This document shows positions 11,700 through 25,764 of a DNA stretch of 64,000 nucleotides, in pieces; position 1 is the stretch's first letter; each line of letters begins with the position of its first letter. The notes below the pieces were generated by a model that was not told where the DNA came from, made no database searches, and worked only from the letters and a program-made list of their open reading frames with translations. The translations under genes and the position numbers were made by a program. The DNA lies in the NCBI RefSeq assembly GCF_006345805.1, contig NC_043008.1:37138001-37202000 (forward strand), given 5' to 3'. Origin of the DNA: Octopus sinensis. Taxonomy: Eukaryota.

Positions 11700-12530
11700 A
11701 TTCTCCACATCCCTTGACCAACTACTGAGTTCCTGCCCAAGCTACTTCTCATTGACATCAATTCCTCATTCTTACAATTGATTACTCCCATCTTTGTTAG
11801 TATTCACCTCTCATTCTTCCTCCATTTCTAATCTTTAGTCCCAACCCTCATCAACCTATTATTCATCCCTTCATAACTACCCTTCCTACTGTATTATTCT
11901 GCTGCTGTATGGAATGCAAGCAGAATTTGTTACTAAATACCATACCATATCCCCATCTCTGTAGTCAGCACTCCCATCTCTGCTTCTCTCAAACAGCATC
12001 CGTTCCTAACTCTTACAATCATATCCCTACTTATATTTACCATCCCAGCCCCTGACCACATTCATCCTGTGTTTACATCTTGCCGTCTCCATCCCATATT
12101 TATATCTATCTCATCACATTTTTACGACCTTACTTATCACTCTCCCTGATTCTTCTGTATCCATACTCTCTTCTACACATCTCTTGAAAATGTTAACACA
12201 TGGGCATGTTCTGACAACTCATCATCTCAGTATACAGCTTTGTTTGGGTTGCACTTCAACATTTCCCATACACCCATATAAAATGCAGGGTACCACTTGT
12301 TTCTGCTCCCCACATCATACCTCTTGACACATGGCTTAAATTGGCCACCTTGTCTCTTGTCCTTCATCTTGGTCAATGAGGTGTTTCAGCTTGCAAGATA
12401 CAAGGCACAACTGGTGCATTCTAATTTGGTCTGGTAAGAAGCATTTACTCTGAGCTACCAATCTAGAGTTAGCAATACCTTAGCTATCTGGCAGAAAATT
12501 CCTGGCCCACATAAGACTTTGCAACCCCTT
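11700..12530 (-). mobile_element. Highly decayed RTE-like LINE remnant
   Basis: Purine-rich minus strand; fragment VSRGMMWGAET resembles the RTE motif VRSAMLYGSETW. Boundaries are approximate. Confidence 0.35.
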
Positions 12531-12559
12531 CCAAGTGCACCATACCAGATCAAGCAAAC

Positions 12560-12720
12560 AAGCCAATTCTGGCTGAGGTCAACTTTGCCTTTCATCCTAT
12601 TGGGGTCGATAAATTAAGTACCAGTTACGCACTGGGATCGATGTAATCGACTTAATCCGTTTGTCTGTCCTTGTTTGTCTCCTCTGTGTTTAGCCCCTTG
12701 TGGGTAGTAAAGAAATAGAT
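12560..12720 (+). mobile_element. SINE family B, 3' part
   Basis: B core and the aaagaaatag tail. Confidence 0.85.
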
Positions 12721-12853
12721 AATTAAAGGGTAACTACAATGGCACCATGATGTTTGTGAAAACTGATGAACTTCATGATTGTAGAGACTTACAGTAGTAT
12801 GATATAATATATCAGACCTATTGTTACTAGAAAGAGACAATAAGATGTATATA

Positions 12854-13071
12854 TGAGGAGTGCTGAAAAGTTTCTGGCTTTAAGGGCATTGCAAAAAGCT
12901 TGTTTGGAGGCCCAATCTTCCAAGTTTTTTTTAATAGGGTTTAGAAAAACTGTAGCACTGTTAAAATAAGTGTGGGAATCTGAGAATGGAATATGTTAAA
13001 TGAATACATAATTAACAGGTCCCCTTGTATTTTCTTTTACTCAAAGCCAGGAACTTTTCTGCATTTCCTTG
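12854..13071 (+). mobile_element. Internally deleted mariner (218-bp MITE) with TA TSD
   Basis: TIRs tgaggagtgctgaaaagtttctggcttt / aaagccaggaacttttctgcatttccttg with TA flanks. The interior keeps the transposase end GLEKL*HC*NKC.NLR.EYVK*. Confidence 0.8.
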
Positions 13072-13129
13072 TATTTGTTAATACATTGAATGGCAGTGAA
13101 TGTAGTAGAATTGTCATGATTGGAGAGAA

Positions 13130-14215
13130 TGTATAATGTTTCATTAGACTTATGGTGTATGACAATGAAGAAATCAAGATCAATGAAGAGATCCTTGCTC
13201 TCCCTAGTAGAGCAGTTTCTGAATATGTCCTACCCTCATGTCAATTTCAGTTTCATCAGCATATTTCTCAAACCTGGTTGTTGGTGCTCCCTACAACTAC
13301 TGGGGTGACAATTACTCAATTTATTTCCCACATTCATGCAATTTCATCTTTTAATAGCTTTTTCACCCACTCATGCACCCCCAGGTATGACAATATCTAT
13401 GAACTTGGTTTTCTTTTTCCTTTTATCCACTAAAACAATGTATGGTCTTTTGCATTTGTTCAGCACCTTTCTGTCTATCAGAAGTTGGTCCTTTGTTCCT
13501 TGAGTTTTCCTCCTGTATCCTTTCTGTTCTACTGGCAGCTTGTCATTCATTTTCAGCAAGCCATACACACAATTAGATATTCCTGTCATCAACTTCTACA
13601 TCAAGGGTAGGCAGGGGATTGGGTAGGCCAATTATTATTCACTGCATAACCTTCGCCAGAATCATTTTGGCAAAGAACTATTTTACATGTGGTTAACCAC
13701 TTTGAGATTTCCACCAAGTTGTTGATCCATATCAGCCAGTACCTTGTACCCTATTTGGACCAGGACATTTCCAGTTTGGAACTTTTGTTCTCTGCTTGGT
13801 CACCATTTCAGTTGTTATCCTTATATTGCTCTATATCCCCTCATTTTCCTCTAATCTCAATTCCTAACCATTCTGTATCTTTATTTATGATTTCTTCCAT
13901 TATCCCAAATGTTACTCCAAAACCTCCTACTTTCTCCAGCATCTGGTTTTTCACTGTTGTTACCTTTTCCATTCGGTGGCAGAAAAACCCTTTTCTGATC
14001 CTGTTGGAGCAATCTGTTGATATCATATTGTTTGATTCATTAGTCACATCTCTAGATTTGTTTGTAGCTTTAGCTTGCTGTCTTTGTTCCAATTCTTCAA
14101 GGATTACATTTAGCCCCCTTTTCTTGATCCTATATCTACGTTCTAGTCACTGATATTTCACCTTATTCCTGTTTTCACCTTGTTTCTTTTTAAGCATGGA
14201 AAATGGATGTTAAAC

Positions 14216-14279
<64 letters not shown>

Positions 14280-15097
14280 TTGATATGTTTTCAAAGTTCA
14301 TTCATTAATTGCTTTCTCCTTTTTTACCACCAAAGCTCTTTTGCTACATTTTCTCTTTTACAGTTTGGCTCAAGGCCTACTTTACTTCCAATGTAGATGA
14401 TACAAGCTTTAGTCAATCTATTCGTTCCAGTTATATTACCTGTTTCAATTTTATTCAGTATCTTCTAAACAAAATTAGGCATAGGAGTGGCTGTGTGGTA
14501 CCACTGCATGGCACCTTGGGAAAGTGTCTTCTACTATAGCCTTGGGCTGACCAAAGTCTTGTGAGTGGATTTGGTTGACAGAAACTGAAAGAAGCCCGTC
14601 GTATATATGTATATATACATACATATATATGTATGTGTGTGTGTGTGTGTGTGTATATGCTTGTGTGTCTGTATTTGTCCCCCCAACATCGCTTGACAAC
14701 CAATGCTGGTGTGTTTACGCCCCCATAACTTAGCGGTTCAGCAAAAGAGACCGATAGAATAAGTACTAGGCTTACAAAGAATAAGTCCTTGGGTCGATTT
14801 GCTCGACTAAAAGGCGATGCTCCAGCGTTTATTAAACAGACGAGTCAGAAACAAGTAAAAGAGTAAAAGAGTCATCTGTCTCAATTTTATTCAGTATCTT
14901 CTAAGCAAAATTCTATCCCCTGTTTTGAACCTATTTACTGCCAAATTCAGGTTTTTTTCAATGATACCAGTGATGTCTTCGATCATTCCTTCGTCCTCAT
15001 CGCTCAGTCCTTCCATATTCTCAAAATTTAAATCAGCATCATTCTCCATGACACCTTCATTCAATACAACTTCATCAACATTTATTCTCCGCAACAT
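13130..15097 (-). mobile_element. Decayed, internally deleted RLE-type LINE (R4/Dong-like)
   Basis: Frameshifted motifs: KILNKIETGNIT..ELWW*KRRKQL; KGLNVILEELEQRQQAKA; LMMTGISNCVY..LPVEQKG..GTKDQLLID (RT start) fused to RP(Y)IVLVDK..IDIVIPG (RLE); and IQK(T)ALLG(T)ARI near 13200. Interrupted by a (GAT)n tail (14185-14285) and a SINE (14477-14875). Confidence 0.85.
14477..14875 (+). mobile_element. SINE family A with a 37-bp target-site duplication
   Basis: ctgt(t/c)tcaattttattcagtatcttctaa(a/g)caaaatt at 14440-14476 and 14876-14912. Confidence 0.92.
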
Positions 15098-15105
15098 TAT
15101 TATTA

Positions 15106-15157
<52 letters not shown>

Positions 15158-16085
15158 TGTTATTATTATTATTATTATTTATTGGTGTACAATCCTGCTG
15201 TTGATGTTCATGATGATTTCAAAAATAAGTGCTTTCATTCTTTTGGAGATTATTTATTTTACAATGCATATTCAGCTTATAGAAGAATGAGGAATGTCTA
15301 TATAAAGAAAATCTTGAAAGAAATGTAATATATAGATTGGAATTTTTGAAAGCTATTTCTTTCATTGCAAGCAATAATATTTCTTTTGTTCCAAACATAA
15401 TTCAGCTCATTAAAACGGAGCTTACATTTACGGCCATAACTGCCACAGATAACAAAACCATATTGCTTCCTTTATTAGAAAAGAAAATATATTCTTGGAG
15501 TTTCTTTCCCATGTTTCATTTGTCCTCATCTCCTCCTCCTCCTCCTCCTTCCTCCTCCTCCACCACCACTACTTTCACCACCGTTCCAACTGCCAGACTT
15601 TGCTAAGATGATTTCAGGAGGAAAAGTAAAAATAAAAATAAAAATAATAAATAATAATAATGAAGAACTCAATACAGTGATATTCAAAATAAATGATCCC
15701 ATAATTTGAGTTAGGACCAATAAGATAGAATTTATGTATTTGCTGTGGTTGTACACCCATTGTGAGAATTGCTACTGACTGGGTCACTATGGTGCTAGAC
15801 AATAGCTTGCAGTAGGAAGAAGAGCATTGAGTTAAAATACTACTGGGTTGTCAACTGAAAAAGCCTTCATGTATTTCCTTAGAAAATATCTTGTTATGAT
15901 TTTTGTCTTGCTCTTCATCCAGCTCATTACATTCTAGGTTCAAATCTCACCAAGGTCAAATTGCTTTTCATCTTTTTTGGGGCTGATCAAAGAAAGTATA
16001 ATTCACATACTAGTCTCACTGTAATTCACTAAGTCCCTCACATTAAAATCATTTGTGTTGGGTCAAGATTTAATATATTAAGTCT

Positions 16086-16482
16086 TAGGTGCAGGAGTGG
16101 CTGTGGTAAGTAGCTTGCTTACCAACCACATGGTTCCAGGTTCTTTCCCACTGCGTAGCATCTTGGACAAGTGTCTTCTACTATAGCCTCAGGCCGACCA
16201 AAGCCTTGTGAGTGGATTTGGTAGACAGAAACTGAAAGAAGCCCGTCGTATATATGTGTATATATATGTATGTGTGTGTATGTTTGTGTGTCTGAGTTTG
16301 TCCCCCCAACATCGCTTGACAACCGATGCTGGTGTGTTTACGTTCCCGTAACATAGTGGTCCGGCAAAAGAAACTGATAGAATAAGTACTAGGCTTCCAA
16401 AGAATAAGTCCTGGGGTCAATTTGCTCAACTATAGGCGGTGCTCCAGTATGATCGCAGTCAAAGGACTGAAACAAGTAAAAG
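16086..16482 (+). mobile_element. SINE family A
   Basis: Matches the family A consensus from head to tail. Confidence 0.92.
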
Positions 16483-17461
16483 AAAAGAAAAAAATCCTTG
16501 AAATCTTGAAGCTACAAGGTAAGGCATGACCAATTCAAAACAATGTGAATAAATATGCTTTAAAAATTTGACAGAGTTATCTGAATGCTGAAGGATTAAA
16601 CAATTATTAGCAGGGTGGATTGACAGAATTATTAGGGCATTACAAAACCTAAATACTTTGCAGTATTTGTGCAAGCTCTATATGTTCTGAGTTCAAGTTA
16701 ACTTTGCTTTTCTTACTTTTAGGGTCAATTAGATGAAGTACCAGACAAGCACTGGGGTTGAGGGGACTGATTAATTCCCAACTTTTAAAATTACTAGCCT
16801 TTTGTCAAAATTAGAAACCGCTATCTTTGTCTTGCCCTGCATCAGTCCTGACTGAGCAGACCCAAGGCCATCTTAGTTGTATTACAAACCCCAGGCAAAT
16901 CAAATGCTCTAGGCCCAATAGAATTAACTTATCAACAGCAAGCGGTAAAATATATAGATTAGAACTGACCCCCTAGACATGTGAGGCCCCTGAGCAACTG
17001 TTCAATTTGCCTATACCTAAAAACAGCACTGAGCAGACCAATGATTAAAGGCATTCCATCCAAGACCATCCTGACTTTTTTTTTTGACAGGCACAATGTA
17101 TCCCCAGAATACTTTATTCAATGTAATCTTTTCGAAGGTGATAAAGTGTGATTTGAGGGAGATTTGACTGCTATTTCTATACAAGTTGTATGACCATGTA
17201 GATGTTTGTCCATTTACTCATGTCTTGCAGGTGCCTTGTTCATATTTCATTTGCACAATAAATTCTGCCGTACTTCACTTTAAAGAAACAGTTATCAGGT
17301 TGTGTTACTTTTAAATAGACTTGTGTACTTTCCAGGAAGTCATATATCTCTCATTGACTTAAAATTAAAAGCTTCTTAAAGCTTAGGATATTTTTATTTT
17401 ACATTTACTAGCAACAAAGTCAGTCATTTGTTTTCTATTACTCACATTGCAATTGTTCAGG

Positions 17462-17663
<202 letters not shown>

Positions 17664-18126
17664 GGTTATAAAAGATGGGCTACAGCAAATATTCTGCTCA
17701 ATACCACAGATTTGCTTGTCAGTTGTTGGACCATAACCAGTTGAGCATGTCCCTTACTGGCTGACGATATGTGTATCTCTGATCACAAGCAGAAGTAGTG
17801 GGGGAGCATCATAGCCATGTGTTGAGAAGGATTCTTTGGGGTTTGAATAATTCACCTCTGGAAACATGGGTGTTTTGTTCAACATCCTTAAACAACCCTT
17901 ATTCAGGGACCTTTTGAGCGGGATGGATTACTCAACCAGAAGAAAATTCTAACTGGGCCCCACCTGCAAGGTCATGTGCTTTTTATCTTGATATGAGATC
18001 ACCATGTCGCACACATATGGTTGTGATGCATGCACCTTATCAGACAGGTAGTCATGATGGGTATACTGGGCTTCGTATATTTGTACCCCAGTGTCACTTT
18101 GATGGCATGCACTGCTCTCTCACTCA
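17664..18126. mobile_element. Family D non-coding element inserted in (AAT)n
   Basis: Closely similar to 53828-54358 (aaagatgggctacagcaaatattctg...gtaccccagtgtcactttgat). (AAT)n lies on both sides. Confidence 0.8.
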
Positions 18127-18141
18127 ATAATAATAATAATA

Positions 18142-18177
<36 letters not shown>

Positions 18178-18406
18178 CAATAGTTCAGTCCATGAACATG
18201 TAAATGAGTCTCACTAGACTGCACAGACCATTGCTGTATTGCAGTTGCAGCTGTGTAAACTTAATAAGTGTTTTGCTAACTGCTCACTTTAAATCTTTGT
18301 ATGAACAGAAGCAATTGTTCATATCTAATCATCAACATCAACTCATTAAGCACTATGGCTTATTTCCACTCGTAACTATGGAAACCTAATAGTACAGCTT
18401 ACTTAC

Positions 18407-18465
18407 ACTTGGAACTGTCGAAGCCTCATACTGCACTAAACTGTCTAGCAGCATTGTGCTCAAAG
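18407..18465 (-). CDS. Candidate 59-nt exon (LSTMLLDSLVQYEASTVPS or FEHNAARQFSAV*)
   Basis: Acceptor ttctaaattcag and donor AGT|gtaagt. No homology recognised. Confidence 0.22.
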
Positions 18466-20039
18466 CTGAATTTAGAACACATATAAATATCCCCCCCCTT
18501 AAAAACATTGCATTCCTTAGCTTTAATTTTGCTAAGATTTTAACATACTTGTAACAATAATGGTAAAATGAATACTCTTGAATATGTTCTAGTTCTAAAA
18601 AATATGCTAAGTTGGCTGGAGAATGTATGATCGAAAAACACTGAAAAAAATATAATGACGTTTGCATTTACGGTAATTGGTTAATTAAAGCCTGCCCTCA
18701 CAATAAATAAATAAATAAATAAATAGATAATTAGATAAAAGAGCATGAAAATATTTCCTATAAAAAGGTATCAGAGCCTCAAGGAGAGAAAACCTTAGTA
18801 AAAAATTTACTTGCCATTTATAAGTAGACATTTGATGTGCTCTCGTGCGTGACCAGTGGGAAATTTGTGATATCTTGGAATGGTATTTCTAATTCTTTTT
18901 TAATTTTTTTTTTCATGCCAATTAAATATTTTCAACTGACTGAGAAGTCAGCTTGATTTAGGACTCCCATCTGATATCTTTCTTCATTCAATGTAATTTA
19001 TGATCGATATCTGATCAGTTTTTTTCCCTTCGTTCCAAGCATTTACAATGCATACATCAAATAAAAGTGTAAATACACACACACACACATCCATATATAT
19101 ATATGAGAGGGATGAGCACTATATGGACAACCCTTATGCTAGAAGTAGATCTGCTATGGTCTTACCACTAAGAAATTTTCTCAAGAAGAATTTAGCAAAC
19201 ACCAGAAACGTAATCAGGGAAGACAAAAGAAAAGCAATAAAAATATAGATTATTCACGTGCATGTTTCACTATTAATATATTACATAATTTTACTTACGT
19301 AAATGTCCGTAGATCTTCGGTGTGACTAATCAAATAAATATAATTTGCAGAACTATATACTGAACCTTCAGATCTTTATATGCTAGACCACTGGTGTGAA
19401 ATTGTTGTTAATTAAATTAATATCAAATTTCTCACCCTCATTTTAAATTCATAACACAGGCTGAAATAATTAATGCATTCTTCCAGGAGTGAATAAAAAA
19501 TTCTTAAACTTGAGGAGATGGGCCCCTTAGATACTAACATGGGCCCCCATATATGGATTCTAATCGTGCAGGGGACCACTTGCCATCGGGCAAGCTGGCA
19601 ACCTGACCAGTGCATGTTAAAAGATAATATATTCACAAATATACACATACATACCTATATACATATATGCATAGATGCATACACACACACACACACACAC
19701 ACACAAGCATATATGTATGTACACACACACACATGTATGTATGCATGTATGCATGTATTCACTTACACACACATATTTATACATGCACACATGTATATAC
19801 ATCCGTTAATTTTTGTGGTTTCTACATGCAATATAACACCACCATAATTGGACAGAAAAATCTACCCACTAACACTATTCTTATTTTGATAATATCCTTA
19901 CGTAAGTCTCAGCCATTTGGCTTTTGCCATGCTGGAGCACTAAAGGAACAATGAATTTATATATATATAGATATATTATTTTATGAATTGGAGTAGTTTT
20001 TGTGTATTGGAATTCATAATTAGATGTCTGATCATGGCA

Positions 20040-20412
20040 CTCCGTCGTTATGATGACAAGGGTTCCAGTTGATCCAGTCAATGGAACAGCCTGCTCATGA
20101 AATTAACATGCAAGTGGCTGATCACTCCACAGACACATGTACCCTTAATGTAGCCTTCGGGGAGATTCAGCATGATACAGAGTGTGATAAGGCTGGCCCT
20201 TTGAAATACAGGTACAACAGAAAAAGGAAGAAAGAGTGAGAGAAAGTTGTGGTGGAAGAATACAGCAGGGTTTGCCACCACATATTGCTGGACCCATGTG
20301 AAACTTCAGGTGTTTTCACTCAATAAACACTCACAACGCCCGGTCTGGGAATTGAAACTGTGTTCTTTGACTGCAAGTCCACTGCCCTAACCACTGGGCT
20401 ATTGCACCTCCA
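20040..20412 (-). mobile_element. tRNA-headed SINE, family F (conserved-domain type)
   Basis: Head gtggaggtgcaatagcccagtggttagggcag...gtttcaattccc. Body gttaatttcatgagcaggctgttccattga..ggatcaactggaacc. Related pieces at 26870-27140 and 49800-49988. Confidence 0.8.
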
Positions 20413-21091
20413 CAGATGTCTGATAGACATTATAATTAATGGAATAATTTAGGAAAAAGTTATGCAGATTGGCATTAAATGTTTTAGTTCTGAAATTTTG
20501 GGGCTATTTTGCAACTAATATTAAATTACTAGTGTGTTGGATTGGTTGATTTAGTATTTAGTTATGTCACTTTATGTTTTGAGTTCAAATTCTGTTGGAG
20601 CTGACTTTGTCTTTCATCCTACTGGGGTTGATAAAATATATACCAGTGTCATTGTTTTTAACAATAACTTTTCCATGTGCCAAATGAGAGTATGTTGTGG
20701 TATAGTTTTGATGGCTGGATGCCCTGCTTTTCACCAACATCTGTTTGTTTCCAAGGAAAGCTATAATCTTCCAGCCAATCAAACAACAAACAATCCAGAT
20801 GTGCTTTATGTAGTGAAATGGAAACAAACAACAGGAATTGGATTAGTCATTTGTTTAAAAACCAGAGGATACCAGTGAAATACAAGTCCACTCACATAAA
20901 CACTCACATCCACACAGACATATACATATCACACACACATACACATACACACACATACACACACACATATTTATCATTAAATCTGACAGAGGGTGCTAGA
21001 ACACCTACGAGGTATTCTAACAGCCTGTCATATTTAATGACAATTGTAGTTTTCATTTTTGGTGATACATTGCTAAACAGCTGTCTAATTT

Positions 21092-21124
<33 letters not shown>

Positions 21125-21991
21125 TATATATGTGTGTATATATATATATGAACACACAAACATGTGTATATATATATATATAATAATCATAATAATAATA
21201 TGAGGGAATATTATTCCAAACTTATAGGGAAAAATTCAATTTAGAAATACTAAATCAAATTTCACAAAATATAAAATATATATATATAAATTAGAAAAAA
21301 ACCCACCTTTTATCAATTCAATAATGAAAAATTAAATTATACCATTTAGAAAGATTACATATTATAGAAAGATTAAATATAATATAAAACATATAACAAT
21401 TTTTAAGTAATGTGCAAAAGAGTAAATAAAGTGTATACATTTGGTAGAATAACAACATGTGTTTCGTGGCTATATATATATATATATATATATATAATTA
21501 CGACTATTACATAATTCCAAGCTCTCAGAAACAGCTGTCAAGTTAAAAAGCCATGCGTTCTGCACATAGTCTTCTGAATTTTTTAAAATTCATGTGAAAG
21601 TAAATTTATTTATTAATATATATAAATATCTGTATGCTTGTACATGCATGCTCATCATTTGAATATATTTAGTCTTTGTGGATATGTATATCCCTATATA
21701 CATCTATTTGTGTATATGAATGTTTATTTATATATCAACCCTAATTGTGTTGATCTGTGTCACTATCTCCATATCAACTCATCTGGATTTCTCTTATAGC
21801 CATTCTTTACCCTGTGGATTTGGTCCTTGATAAAGATTTCAAATTTTGGGTTCAATTCATTTGAGCACTATTATGCGACTTTCATAGTGAGCATTTCCAG
21901 ATTTCACATTTTGACTGTATTTGTGTGTGTGCATGTGTGCATGTGTCTGTGTGTGTATCTATCAATCAATCTCTCTAACAACCAATTTATT

Positions 21992-22026
<35 letters not shown>

Positions 22027-22033
22027 TTGTGTG

Positions 22034-22294
22034 TATATTAGAAGAAATGAGATACTCAGAAATTCGGCTGGTTTTATATTTACAGATATTTATTTGTATA
22101 TTACCTGTTTTTATAAATCATATGATTTAGATCATGTATTAGTGCTAAGTTTGATTTGAAAACCCCACTAGAATGGGCGAAAGCCCTAATACATGATCTA
22201 AGTTATATGATGTATAAAAACATGTAATATACAAATAAATATCTGTAAATATAAAACCATCCGAATTTCTGAGTACCTCATTTCTTCTAATATA
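22034..22294. mobile_element. Fold-back element/MITE with ~109-bp arms and a 43-nt spacer
   Basis: 22034-22142 is the near-perfect reverse complement of 22186-22294; TA at both ends. Confidence 0.85.
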
Positions 22295-22334
22295 AAATAC
22301 CTGTACATCATGTCCAATCCTTCCAATATATATA

Positions 22335-22394
<60 letters not shown>

Positions 22395-23035
22395 TGTTGA
22401 TGTCAGAACTAATATCTTGTTCCTTTCTTGGTCAGATGAACAAAGTTCATCCTTCACAAGCTGCCAGCTTAAAAGTAAGCTAATTAAATACTTAAATTCA
22501 CAGTTCTAATATTGTTTAAAATGATGAATTCCACCATTCCAAAGTACCTACTTGCAATTTGGCCCTCAATGGTTTTCTACTTGAGACCTCACTGATTTTG
22601 GAAAGTTTCAACAGAATTACTCTTTTCTCCTTTCCTATACTATCTCTAATTTCTGTGGTATTAAACAGATGAGTCAGAAATATTATTCTTCATAGGTGTT
22701 CAGCTTATTACAGGTAAGAATTCCTCTGGAAACAAATGAACAATAAACCAGTTGATTGTTCAAATTTACCATTCTGTAATTGCTTTCAATGGCAAATTTT
22801 ATGCCACTCAGTAGTGTCTCCTTGCAGCAAACTCAGCTACACTATTAAGATTATAAACAGACAAGAGGTGGAAAATGCCTATACTGGGAGAATGAGAATC
22901 AAGTTTCCAGTGAACCAAATTTCAATGTTCCCTTTCTTGACTCGAAAATCTGAAGTTTAGTGTTATGTGCAAGTAGTTGAAAACAGGGTCTCATATGTAA
23001 TACAACATGTTGATAAAATTTTGATCCATGGAGAT

Positions 23036-23540
23036 TCCATCCATCTATCCATTTTGTCCATGTGCTATTCCTGGAAGAGTCAAGAGTCCTCAAGACCCTT
23101 CCCCACTGAGTCCAGTCAGAAACAGCCATCATTATACAACCTGACTGGATTTCCAAGCATGACCAACTGAGACTATAGATTATTATCCAAGCACCTTGTT
23201 CTTGGTCTGCTTCTGAGTGTCCTGCCAGTTTGGCTTAGCTTGAAGAATCTGTCTTGGTGTTTTTTCCTGTCACATTCTAATTTCATGTCTGTAGTAGCAG
23301 TGATGTGACCTGTTAATGCAAAGAAGTAGCAGCTCAACCTGGAGAGACTTCCGAACTTCTGAGCTGTGCACTCTGTTGAGTAACTTTATTCCAGAGATCC
23401 TTTGGAGGAACTCCATTTTGGCTGTTTGTATTTGCAATCACATTCTTTCACTCATTACTCAACATTTAAAACTATAGATGAGGATAAGCACATAAACCGA
23501 ACTGAAGATGAGTTTGGCTTTTTTACTAGCCTAAACAGGG
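23036..23540 (-). mobile_element. RTE-clade LINE 3' fragment (Expander/Rex3-like)
   Basis: KAKLIFSSVYVLILIYSFKC*VMSERM*LQIQTAKMEFLQRISGIKLLNRVHSSEVRKSLQVE..., followed by a (gatg)n-like tail. Confidence 0.85.
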
Positions 23541-24144
23541 CATTTGTTGTTTTTTTTACCATGCAAGTTGTAAAAAATATTTTCTCTAAGAGTGTTTAAA
23601 CTCTAAAAGCTAAGGAATTCACTTAAATAATATCAAACCAAATGAAATATCTGGGAAATATAGGCAATACAGACTGGAGTGGCTCATTTCTTTAAACCAA
23701 ATACTGTATATATTAACCAAGTTTCAGCCTTATTACATCTCGCCAGAGAAGGCAAAATTATACTCAGGTGGCAAGACTTTAAGTGATTGTATTTGTGAGA
23801 GTATATATGTCTGTAGGTGCATGTATGTACTGTTTTGTGCACACGTGTGTGTCTCCTCATCATAGTGTTCCTTTTAGAAGTGCAAATTTTTTATCAATCT
23901 TCCAGGAAAACATGCCTATCCATGGGATAATATTTCCTTGCTTTGAAACAAGGGAGGTGTAGCAACAGGAAGGACATCCAACCATAGAAAACCTGCCTTA
24001 AAGAATTCCATCTGATGCATGAAAGCATGAAAAGGTAGACATGAAAGTATGATGATGATGATGATGATGATGACGACAAGGATAATAATGATGATAATGA
24101 TGATGATGATGGTGGTGGTGATGATGACGGTGGTGGTATGTATA

Positions 24145-24380
24145 GGCAGCGAACTGGCAGAATCATTAGCACGCCAGGCAAAATACCTTACGGTATTTCA
24201 TCTGCCGCTACATTCTGAGTTCAAATTCCGCCAAGGTCAACTTTGCCTTTCATCCTTTCGGGGTCGATTAAATAAGTACCAGTTACGCACTGGGGTCGAT
24301 ACAATCGACTTAATCTGTTTGTCTGTCCTTGTTTGTCCTCTCTGTGTTTAGCCCCTTGTGGTTAGTAAAGAAATAGGTAT
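24145..24380 (+). mobile_element. SINE family B, full length
   Basis: A-box-like tggcagaatc, B-box-like gagttcaaattcc, plus core and tail. Confidence 0.92.
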
Positions 24381-25654
24381 GTATAGGGATAAAAAGATGG
24401 ACACTAACTACCCTTAAGAGAATTCTCCAAATGTGCTTTGCCATCATGCACTATGATATGGACCAGTATACTATGTTGATGGGAAACATGTCCAATATTC
24501 ACGTTTCTGCTGGTCAGCTGTGGCTGATCATAAAGATCATAAAGGAAACTAAGCATGTGTGTTGCTTGTTGCAGAAACTGTATTTGGTGCACTGGATTGA
24601 AGCATGTGGATGTATATTGCTTTGAAAACTTGAGTTTCCTCATTGGTCTGGGCATGATTGCTTGATGTCCACAGGCAATTTTGTTATTAAGATTATTATG
24701 TAATATTCAATTTAGTGAAATTTCTTATAAATAAGTATTATAACTTTTAGAACAATGGTGAAAATGACAGCTAAACATTCTATAAAAACAGAACAAAAGA
24801 TGACAACTGATTTAAATGAAAGCTAACAAATGTCTGAAACAAAACATAAAATATAGTTAAAAATCAGAAATTATTATGCACAAAAGGTCCCAGCAAGAAA
24901 TTTTAAGGGAGAAAAAAACCAACTAAAAAAATAAATAAAAATTAAATAACAACATAAAAAGTGAATTAAAAAAATAAGGAAAAAAAATGTTGATGTATTG
25001 GTATATAAGTCTTAAATATCTGAGAATGTGGTATTAGGTTTGAATGTAATATTAGTTTGAGCAATAAAAATTGTTTATTTTGATCAAGTTGTCTTTGCTG
25101 CACAAACATAAATAAACAAACATTAAAAACACGCACTAAACAATGAAAACACCATCTTGTCTGACATGACGAGGCGGCGAATTGAAGAATAGCACCAACA
25201 CATCGGGTTAATTTTTGTTTGTGCTATGTTTTATATTTTTTTATTTATTTATTTATCTCTTTTTTCTTTCTTTTTTTTTTTTGTTTTTTTTTTGTTTGGC
25301 AGAAAACATTGAACAAAATGAATCACAGTAATTTATGACATATAATAAAGTATATGATAGTGAAAGCTTCTGAGTAGCTATTCAGATCAACAAGGGAGTC
25401 ATTTTAGATTTCTGTTTTCTTTTTTTTATAAATCGTTTGAAACACATTTGTTGTTTGGGTAAACGAGCTAGTCTACTTAACTTTAACTGATCACTAGCAC
25501 AGAAAGTTTAAATCTAACCACCACAAGCACCACCACCACCACCACCACCATCACCACAACCACCACCAACAACAACAAGATGACAAATACTACTACTACT
25601 ACTACTACTGATAAAAATCACACAAATTTGAAGAAATTCAAGTAGGTTTTTGTG

Positions 25655-25739
25655 TTAGCTGGCCTCAACTGTATGAGAAGTCTGTAATTGTGTTGTGCTT
25701 CCAGACAAGATACTCTTAGACTTGTTGCGGTTTGAGTGT
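25655..25739 (-). CDS. Candidate terminal exon (HSNRNKSKSILSGSTTQLQTSHTVEAS*; frame uncertain)
   Basis: Acceptor tttcttaccag, followed on the minus strand by about 1 kb of U-rich, repeat-poor 3'UTR-like sequence. Confidence 0.22.
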
Positions 25740-25764
25740 CTGGTAAGAAATAGGTTCCACTCTG

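Noticed and set aside
14891-15097. Acidic 68-aa ORF that looks like a host exon
   Set aside because: It is collinear with the N-terminal region of the decayed RLE-LINE and continues across the SINE TSD.
20974-21040. Hammerhead-like CTGACAGA flanked by a 9-bp stem (tcattaaat/atttaatga)
   Set aside because: The core has an extra base and there is no GAAA after the putative stem II; too degenerate to call.
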